A program made the position numbers and the translations under genes. A DNA stretch of 24,000 nucleotides from Coleofasciculus sp. G1-WW12-02 (lineage in GTDB: Bacteria > Cyanobacteriota > Cyanobacteriia > Cyanobacteriales > Coleofasciculaceae). Positions within the stretch are counted from its first letter, which is position 1. Each line of letters starts with the position of its first letter. Where the stretch lies: the NCBI GenBank assembly GCA_040219735.1, contig JAVJRX010000129.1; one strand, 5' to 3'. A model generated the notes under the pieces. The model was given only the letters and a program-made list of their open reading frames with translations. It had not been told where the DNA came from and ran no database searches. Shown piece after piece: positions 17,949 through 24,000 of the stretch.

Positions 17949-18716
17949 TTGGAACCCAAGACGATGACAACACTACCCCAGCACCGGACGAAAAAAAAAC
18001 CTGCCGCTTCCTTCCCCACACTAACCCGCCCTTTAAACTTGCGGATGGATTCCCCAACTGAAGAAGTTCGGATTGAGATCGTACCGCTAATTGATGTTAT
18101 TTTCTGTATCCTGACCTTCTTTATCCTGGCAGCCGTGGGTCTATCGCGCCAACAAGCCATTAATGTTGATTTACCCAAGGCGAGTACCGGAACTGCCCAA
18201 GGACGGCAGATTCTGATGATTAGTTTGGATGAATTGGGGCAAGTGTATGTAGAAAAAAATCCGGTGATTACCCAAGAGCAGTTTATTCAACAACTCCAAG
18301 CTTACAAGCAACAAAACCCCAGTGGCGTATTTGTCCTCTACGCCTCGCCCAATGCCATGTATAACGAAGTTGTACAAGTCTTGGATTTACTTCGGGAAGT
18401 CGGGGGCGATCGCGTGGCGCTAGCCAATTCACCTGGACAATCGCCGCAAATTCCGGGGACGAATCCCCTTTCTCCCTCAACTGGAGTTCCCGAATTTAAC
18501 CCCAATCCTGGACAAATACCAGTTAATCCTGATGGCACATTTAATCCCAATTTTCCGCCTCAATTTCCGGGGGTTCCGGGTCAACCTCAATTTGGATCAC
18601 CCCCGACGAATCCCGGTACGTTACCACCTTCTCCTGGACAATTCCCCATCAACCCCGGTGGTTCTGTTCCACCCAATTTTGGCACACCGACGTCACCGCA
18701 GCCGCAAGGGGAATAA
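17949..18716 (+). CDS. ExbD/TolR-family biopolymer transport protein with Pro-rich C-terminal extension
   Basis: VRIEIVPLIDVIFCILTFFILAA...INVDLPKA...VYVEKNPVITQEQFIQQL...VLDLLREVGGDRVALA, then a ~90-aa Pro/Gly/Asn-rich tail. The exact start is uncertain. Confidence 0.9.
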   Translation: MEPKTMTTLPQHRTKKKPAASFPTLTRPLNLRMDSPTEEVRIEIVPLIDVIFCILTFFILAAVGLSRQQAINVDLPKASTGTAQGRQILMISLDELGQVYVEKNPVITQEQFIQQLQAYKQQNPSGVFVLYASPNAMYNEVVQVLDLLREVGGDRVALANSPGQSPQIPGTNPLSPSTGVPEFNPNPGQIPVNPDGTFNPNFPPQFPGVPGQPQFGSPPTNPGTLPPSPGQFPINPGGSVPPNFGTPTSPQPQGE

Positions 18717-18733
18717 TTCATGTTGTTGTGTAG

Positions 18734-18753
18734 AGACGTGCCATGGCACGTCT
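18734..18753. repeat. Perfect 20-bp palindrome AGACGTGCCATGGCACGTCT
   Basis: AGACGTGCCA is self-complementary to TGGCACGTCT, in the intergenic region after the exbD-like gene. Confidence 0.85.
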
Positions 18754-18762
18754 GTTCTGTAG

Positions 18763-18819
18763 GGGCGGGTTTGACTATTATCATTGATCACCTCATCCCA
18801 GATGGGACTAAACCCGCCC
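18763..18819. repeat. Interspersed palindromic repeat, copy C
   Basis: GGGCGGGTTT (18763-18772) / AAACCCGCCC (18810-18819), preceded by TCCCAGATGGGACT. An extra half unit AAAACCCGCCCC lies near 18862. Confidence 0.85.
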
Positions 18820-18908
18820 GATTAAGGCGCAGATAGAGAGAATTGATGATAAAGTTTTCTCAAAACCCGCCCCGCTTAAGTGAGAGACTATTCAGTGTTA
18901 AGTGACTT

Positions 18909-20324
18909 ATGACCGATAAATCAGGTGCAGGATATCGAATCGAACGCGATTCTATGGGGGAACGGCAAATCCCTAACGATGCCTACTACGGGATTCAAAC
19001 CCTACGGGCAATTGAAAACTTTCCTATCAGCGGGATTAAACCCTTACCCACCTACATAGACGCCTGTGTGCTGATCAAAAAAGCCACCGCGATCGCGAAT
19101 GGTAATCTGGGCTGTATTCCCCAAGATATTAGCCAAGGGATTATCCAAGCGGCTGATGAAGTTCTCAAAGGACAATGGCGGGATCAATTTGTCGTCGATA
19201 TTTACCAAGCAGGCGCCGGTACATCCCACCACATGAATATTAATGAGGTGCTGGCAAATCGGGCATTAGAAATCCTGGGAGATGAGAAGGGTAACTATAA
19301 GCGGGTTAGCCCAAATGACCATGTAAACTATGGGCAATCCACTAATGATGTTATCCCCACGGCGATTAGAATCGGGGCGCTGTTGGCTTTAGAACATACC
19401 TTGTATCCGGCACTATCTGATGCCATTACCGCCCTGGATAACAAAGGGGATGAATTCCAAGATGTGGTCAAATCCGGCAGAACCCATCTGCAAGACGCTG
19501 TACCGGTGCGCCTGGGAGAAGAATTTCGGGCGTGGGCGCAAATTCTCAGCGATCATACCAATCGGATTGAACAAGCATCAGAAGATTTAATGGTACTGGG
19601 GTTAGGCGGAAGTGCTGCAGGAACCGGATTAAACACCCATCCCGACTATCGCCATCAGGTTGCCCAAATTCTTGCCCAACTCATTGATCAACCCCTCAAA
19701 TCTGCCCCCCATCTCATGGCAGCCATGCAAAGTATGGCACCGTTTGTTAATGTATCTGGCAGTTTACGGAATTTGGCACAGGATTTAGTCAAAATTTCCC
19801 ATGACTTGCGGTTAATGGATTCGGGTCCGAAAACCGGATTCAAGGAAATTCAACTTCCCCCCGTGCAACCGGGCTCATCGATCATGCCGGGAAAATACAA
19901 CCCAGTTATGGCGGAAATGACCTCTATGGTATGCTTTCAGGTGATGGGCTATGATAGTGCGATCGCCTTAGCTGCTCAAGCGGGTCAATTGGAGTTGAAT
20001 GTGATGATGCCGTTGATTGGGTATAACCTAATTCACAGTATTGAAATTTTAGGCAATACCCTATCTGCCCTAACTCAAAAGTGTCTAGCCGGAATTACAG
20101 CACGACGCGATCGCTGTTTGGACTATGCCGAAGGGAGTCTCGCATTAGTTACCGCCCTGAATCCCCACATCGGTTATCTCAACGCGGCGGCTATCGCCAA
20201 GGAATCTTTGGAAACAGGCAAATCCCTGCGACAAATTGTCCTCGACAAAGGCTTGATGAGTGCTGAGGACTTAGCCAAGGTACTCGATCTTGATAAAATG
20301 AGTGCTTTGTTCCCGAACCAATGA
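18909..20324 (+). CDS. aspA: Aspartate ammonia-lyase (class II fumarase/aspartase superfamily)
   Basis: 471-aa ORF with GAGTSHHMNINEVLANRA, SPNDHVNYGQSTND, RTHLQDAVPVRLG and signature GSSIMPGKYNPVMAEM. Confidence 0.9.
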   Translation: MTDKSGAGYRIERDSMGERQIPNDAYYGIQTLRAIENFPISGIKPLPTYIDACVLIKKATAIANGNLGCIPQDISQGIIQAADEVLKGQWRDQFVVDIYQAGAGTSHHMNINEVLANRALEILGDEKGNYKRVSPNDHVNYGQSTNDVIPTAIRIGALLALEHTLYPALSDAITALDNKGDEFQDVVKSGRTHLQDAVPVRLGEEFRAWAQILSDHTNRIEQASEDLMVLGLGGSAAGTGLNTHPDYRHQVAQILAQLIDQPLKSAPHLMAAMQSMAPFVNVSGSLRNLAQDLVKISHDLRLMDSGPKTGFKEIQLPPVQPGSSIMPGKYNPVMAEMTSMVCFQVMGYDSAIALAAQAGQLELNVMMPLIGYNLIHSIEILGNTLSALTQKCLAGITARRDRCLDYAEGSLALVTALNPHIGYLNAAAIAKESLETGKSLRQIVLDKGLMSAEDLAKVLDLDKMSALFPNQ

Positions 20325-20344
20325 CAAAGGACAAAGGACAAACC

Positions 20345-20626
20345 ATGCAAAGTCAAGATAGTTTTACCCAAGTCACCTTTCATTACATCAATGGCGAAAC
20401 CGAATCCTTTGATATTCCCGTGACGCCAGAAGCTTTTAGCGAACAACTTGCTGATTTCCTCAGCCAACCTTGGTTAACCCTACATCTGTTCGATCAAACC
20501 GTGATCATCCTGACGTCTCAAATTGTCAAAGTGGAAGTGACACCGCCGATTCCTCAACTCCAAGGGGAGGGTGTCTTATCGGATTGTCAACGAGTCACGG
20601 CTCTGTCCCGTGGTGCTAAAGTCTAA
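20345..20626 (+). CDS. Conserved-looking hypothetical protein
   Basis: ORF 20321..20626; likely start Met at 20345 (MQSQDSFTQVTFHYINGETESFDIPV). No recognised domain. Confidence 0.65.
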   Translation: MQSQDSFTQVTFHYINGETESFDIPVTPEAFSEQLADFLSQPWLTLHLFDQTVIILTSQIVKVEVTPPIPQLQGEGVLSDCQRVTALSRGAKV

Positions 20627-20645
20627 GATAAACTAAAGCTATTTC

Positions 20646-21614
20646 ATGACACTTATGTCTAGCGTTAGTTTAATTCGGGCACAGTCCTATAACCGACAGC
20701 CATTAAGAACCGCCGTAGAAACCTTGCTGGAACCGTTAGGCGGGATTAGGGCATTTGTCAAAGTGGGCGATCGCGTCCTCCTTAAGCCCAATCTTCTCAC
20801 GGCTGGACGTCCGGGTAAGGAATGTATTACTCGCCCCGAACTTGTGTACGCTGTCGCTGAGTTAGTCAAGGAAGCTGGTGGTCAACCTTTTCTCGGTGAT
20901 AGTCCCGCCTTTGGTACAGCTAAAGGGGTGGCGCAGGCAAATGGCTATTTGCCGATGATGGATGAACTTAACATACCCATCGTCGAATTCCATGGTCAGC
21001 GATATCAAACAGTTAGCCATACCTTCAACCACCTGCGGCTGTGCAAAGAAGCAATGGATGCTGATGTGGTAATTAACTTACCCAAGCTGAAATCTCACAC
21101 CCAGTTAACCCTGACTCTGGGGGTTAAAAACCTGTTTGGCTGCGTCCCTGGTAAAATGAAAGCCTGGTGGCATGCAGAAGCGGGTAAAGATGCCTTACGG
21201 TTTGGGGAAATGTTAGTGGAAACGGCGCGGGCAATTAATCCCAACTTAACGATTCTGGATGGGATTGTAGGTCATGAGGGTAATGGACCGAGTGGTGGAG
21301 AACCCCGACGCTTGAATATGCTAGCCGCGTCGGCTGATGTATTTGCTTTGGATCAGGCGGTAGTCAACTTACTCAATGTCGAACCCCTGCAAGTACCGAC
21401 TGTAGCCGCCGCGATGAAATTAGGATTAAGTCCAAATCTGGATACCCTGGAATTTCCCCACCTGCATCCCGCCGATTTAAAGGTACTCGATTGGAAGCTA
21501 CCGGATCGGTTAATGCCCATTGATTTTGGTATGCCCCGCCTAATGCGCTCCACATTTAAGCATTTTTACATCCGGTGGATCAAAGAGCCAATAAGTGTTT
21601 ATGCTCAGCGGTAG
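20646..21614 (+). CDS. DUF362 domain-containing protein
   Basis: 322-aa ORF with VLLKPNLLTAGRPGKECITRPELV, GGQPFLGDSPAFG, INLPKLKSHTQLTLTLGVKNLFGCVPG and DGIVGHEGNGPSGG. Confidence 0.88.
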   Translation: MTLMSSVSLIRAQSYNRQPLRTAVETLLEPLGGIRAFVKVGDRVLLKPNLLTAGRPGKECITRPELVYAVAELVKEAGGQPFLGDSPAFGTAKGVAQANGYLPMMDELNIPIVEFHGQRYQTVSHTFNHLRLCKEAMDADVVINLPKLKSHTQLTLTLGVKNLFGCVPGKMKAWWHAEAGKDALRFGEMLVETARAINPNLTILDGIVGHEGNGPSGGEPRRLNMLAASADVFALDQAVVNLLNVEPLQVPTVAAAMKLGLSPNLDTLEFPHLHPADLKVLDWKLPDRLMPIDFGMPRLMRSTFKHFYIRWIKEPISVYAQR

Positions 21615-21718
21615 TATAATCATTTTTGGATTGTTGGTGAGCAAAATCTAACATTCAAAACTCAAAGAAGGAATTATTTGGTAAACATTGTTACAACCTC
21701 TACCCAAGGAGGGAACGT

Positions 21719-21805
21719 ATGCTGATACTACCCTCCGATTGCTTAATTCCACCGCCTAGTGTTAGAGGCGGTTTTTTGTATTTTCTGTCTCGAATTACGT
21801 ACTAG
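21719..21805 (+). CDS. Possible small ORF (28 aa) overlapping a terminator hairpin
   Basis: AAGGAGG Shine-Dalgarno-like sequence just upstream of ATG; MLILPSDCLIPPPSVRGGFLYFLSRITY*. Speculative. Confidence 0.25.
   Translation: MLILPSDCLIPPPSVRGGFLYFLSRITY
21751..21777 (+). terminator. Rho-independent terminator
   Basis: ACCGCCT-AGTGTTAG-AGGCGGT followed by TTTTTG, 137 bp past the DUF362 stop. Confidence 0.8.
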
Positions 21806-21920
21806 AGCGTCAGTTCAGTAATAGCAGGTCGTGGTTATGTACAGTGCCATATTAGGTAGAAGTTGGCTTACCCACCGATAACTGATACCGAGTTGCGCTC
21901 AAACATAGTAGATAGGAAAA

Positions 21921-21958
21921 GCAGGGGAGGCAGGGGAGGCGGGGGAAGCAGGGGGAGA
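21921..21958 (+). repeat. Degenerate purine-rich GGAGGCAGG minisatellite
   Basis: gcaggggaggcaggggaggcgggggaagcaggggga; approximate 9-10 bp units. Confidence 0.7.
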
Positions 21959-22302
21959 GAAAGTTATATCTTTGAATGCAACTTGGTATGAAGAGCAAAA
22001 TCTGTCATTTATAAGTAATAACAGGGAAGTATAGGTAGCGAATGTTACCTCATGTAGAGGATTTCAGTAGATGATTTGATGAAACTGACTGGTATTCTAG
22101 AACTCGCGTCAATCTATCTAAGGTCAGTTGATTTGGCAAAACCGATGTCCTTATTAATAAAGTGTAAGATTTTATTGAAATTGTTTACAGGAAAACAATC
22201 CTTGAACCAAAAACTTGTTAGAATATAGGATGTAGGGTCTTGAATTTGACCCGGTCTCAGATAAAATTTCAATTGACTCAAGTTCTGATTAAAACTTCAT
22301 TT

Positions 22303-22506
22303 ATGGAATCAAGTGGCTCGTCTGCCAACTCTTCTGACCCCTATCCTCATAGATGGGCTGAGATTATCGGTACGGTAATGGCGTTTTTGACTCTGACCTT
22401 ACCTTTCTTAGCCATTGCTTACTACTCTTCTAGCAGCCTTGATGTTTTGCAGACAACACCCTACTCGCTGCCGAGATCAGAAACAGCTAACTGGAAAAAC
22501 TTATGA
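22303..22506 (+). CDS. Small single-pass membrane protein of unknown function
   Basis: In-frame ATG at 22303 of ORF 22240..22506: MESSGSSANSSDPYPHRWAEIIGTVMAFLTLTLPFLAIAYYSSSSLDVLQ... with one hydrophobic helix. Confidence 0.55.
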   Translation: MESSGSSANSSDPYPHRWAEIIGTVMAFLTLTLPFLAIAYYSSSSLDVLQTTPYSLPRSETANWKNL

Positions 22507-22568
22507 ACTGAAGTTCCCCTTGGACAAATTGCTACACTGTATGCCCTCAAGGGGGGAAGAAACTAAAC

Positions 22569-23237
22569 TCACCAGTGCAGTTGACTCAAAATGTACCGCA
22601 AACGGTCATAATCATCTTTGAGTAAAACACTGAGGGTTCGCCCTGCTTGAACTAACCAGTCGCGATCGCCCTTGCGAATTTGATAGATATCTCGGATCGC
22701 CGCAGCCGTTAGGGCTTCCACTGGCGCTCCACTTACTAACAGGAGTGTTCGCAAAAAATCCAACTTTTCGCTAAAGTAAATGATCTCATCGGGCTGGCAT
22801 TGATAGACAGCCTGATGAATTTGCGGCGGACGGGGAGGTAGATATTGATAAGCCCGTCCCCTAGGGGGTTGGTCACCATTGTTTCCCTCTCCGGGCGGTA
22901 TAAACCCAACAATTGCCGCACGAAACTCAGTTTTAAGCATGGCAAAAATTTGCGGCTGTTGCTCCCGCAATTCTGCCAGTGACAATCCCAACGCGACAGC
23001 CCGGTGAACTGAATCAATCGGGCTAGTTGTAGCGTGGTAAACTACCGCCATAACCTGATTGCCAGATTCTTCATCAACGGATTTGACCCAACTTCCAAAG
23101 GGTGGCATTACCGGAAAGCTCAAATCCTCTGGCTCTAAACATTGTGCCAGAAATTCTGTGGTTGCCGTTTCAATGACTTCCGCAATGTGATTATCAGGGC
23201 GTTCTCCAGCCGTAAACTGGGGTAAAGGAAGACGCAT
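22569..23237 (-). CDS. Cyanobacterial conserved protein, HAS-barrel-domain-like
   Basis: 222-aa ORF MRLPLPQFTAGERPDNHIAEVIETATTEFLAQCLEPEDLSFPVMPPFGSWVK... The HAS-barrel assignment is from recalled family resemblance only. Confidence 0.7.
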   Translation of the reverse strand: MRLPLPQFTAGERPDNHIAEVIETATTEFLAQCLEPEDLSFPVMPPFGSWVKSVDEESGNQVMAVVYHATTSPIDSVHRAVALGLSLAELREQQPQIFAMLKTEFRAAIVGFIPPGEGNNGDQPPRGRAYQYLPPRPPQIHQAVYQCQPDEIIYFSEKLDFLRTLLLVSGAPVEALTAAAIRDIYQIRKGDRDWLVQAGRTLSVLLKDDYDRLRYILSQLHW

Positions 23238-23481
23238 CTTTTAGTCCTTTGTCTTTTGTCCTTTGTCTTTCGTCATTTGTCACGACAAAATCTGCTGCTC
23301 CATTGGTCATTTATTTGTTATTTTCTTATATGGGGCGGCTCAATGAAATGTGAACAGACAATAAGATGAAAGCGGGAACATAAGAGAAATAAAACCACCT
23401 TTTTCTGTATTCAAAAAGCATCTATCTTTGTTCCCGGTTCATTTTCGTTCGCTATAACAGGTCAACGGTTACAGTTTGTTT

Positions 23482-23667
23482 TTATTTTTTGCCTTGAGGA
23501 TTCACCTCTTCGAGTTCCGATAAATTGAACGTGACAATTTTATCCCAGTTTCCACCTTCAAACAGCACACCCGCTTTTCCATCACCGATGCGCTGGACTA
23601 TCCCTTCAAATTTGTAGTAAGTGTCCTCGCCGTTAATGACGCGAACAATTGAGCCAGGAAGAATCAT
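23482..23667 (-). CDS. ndhS: NAD(P)H-quinone oxidoreductase subunit S-like small SH3-like protein
   Basis: 61 aa: [55 protein letters not shown] resembles cyanobacterial NdhS. Confidence 0.78.
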   Translation of the reverse strand: MILPGSIVRVINGEDTYYKFEGIVQRIGDGKAGVLFEGGNWDKIVTFNLSELEEVNPQGKK

Positions 23668-23778
23668 CTGTTTTCACCCATAAATCTCTTATCTTAGCTT
23701 ACTATAAATTGCTGATTTATAATTAAGCTAATTTCTTACCATTAATATTGGTCAGTGCGCTTCGTCCTTTGTTACCGA

Positions 23779-24000
23779 CTATTGGTAGATCACAATTGAC
23801 ACTCCCCGGTCTCGCATACACGGGGATTCTGCTGGCAGAGCAGGCTGTGGAAGTTGCCACAATCTAACTCTCGCTACGGTCGTCAAACACCGTCTACCCA
23901 GTCGGTTTAGGTCAATACCTAACTTTCTGGCTACTTTTCTTAAAATATTAGCACTGCCGTTTAAATCAGCATTTACAATTGTGCCATTTCCACTACGGTA
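23779..24000 (-). mobile_element. tnpB: C-terminal fragment of a TnpB-family (IS200/IS605-type) RNA-guided nuclease, cut by the window edge
   Basis: Manual minus-strand translation: YRSGNGTIVNADLNGSANILRKVARKLGIDLNRLGRRCLTTVARVRLWQLPQPALPAESPCMRDRGVSIVIYQ*. NADLNGSANILRKV matches the RuvC-III motif of TnpB. It is not in the ORF track, probably because the start is outside the window. Confidence 0.85.
23796..23830 (-). other. Probable IS200/IS605 right-end hairpin / 3' end of omegaRNA (reRNA)
   Basis: Minus strand GAATCCCCGTGTATGCGAGACCGGGGAGTGTCAA; CCCCG (23804-23808) pairs with CGGGG (23821-23825) right at the tnpB 3' end. Confidence 0.6.

Noticed and set aside
17854-18784. Minus- and alternate-frame ORFs overlapping the exbD-like gene (for example 17885..18178, 18283..18480, 18532..18762)
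   Set aside because: Low-complexity and proline-codon shadows of the exbD-like coding sequence, with no recognisable domains.
19044-21555. Minus-strand ORFs opposite the aspA and DUF362 genes
   Set aside because: They are antisense to conserved enzymes and show no independent motif.
1-24000. tRNA, rRNA, retron msr-msd or CRISPR repeats
   Set aside because: None was recognised by eye. No T-loop GTTCRA context with a matching acceptor, no reverse transcriptase, and no direct repeats with unique spacers. A covariance-model scan would be needed to exclude small ncRNAs.

Overview
This is a cyanobacterial chromosomal window, judged from dispersed HIP1 (GCGATCGC) octamers and the gene content. Most of it is housekeeping: leuA, a LabA-like NYN protein, a rhodanese-type sulfurtransferase, a TpsB/FhaC-like outer-membrane transporter, an MBL hydrolase, ppa, DUF2470, DUF554, cupin, DUF1232/YkvA, an ExbB/ExbD pair, an aspA-like lyase, DUF362, a HAS-barrel-like protein and an ndhS-like gene. 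The standout is a solitary 4.3-kb minus-strand gene (11626..15930). It encodes three TIR-like domains, each followed by a related helical linker, then one transmembrane segment, 16 almost identical 41-aa WD40 repeats, and a short C-terminal tail. No STAND/NACHT NTPase is visible. By hand alignment only the middle TIR has Glu at the SARM1-type catalytic position. It is a credible candidate for an undescribed TIR effector with a fast-evolving sensor, but function is inference. Other findings not in the ORF track are: the C-terminus of a TnpB at the right edge with an adjacent right-end/omegaRNA-like hairpin; a truncated Uma2-like ORF at the left edge; a truncated DUF4058 fragment; a three-copy palindromic interspersed repeat with one copy inside the TpsB reading frame; several other dispersed palindromes; a long hairpin in a non-coding block; and an in-phase 78-bp tandem repeat in the exbB-like gene.
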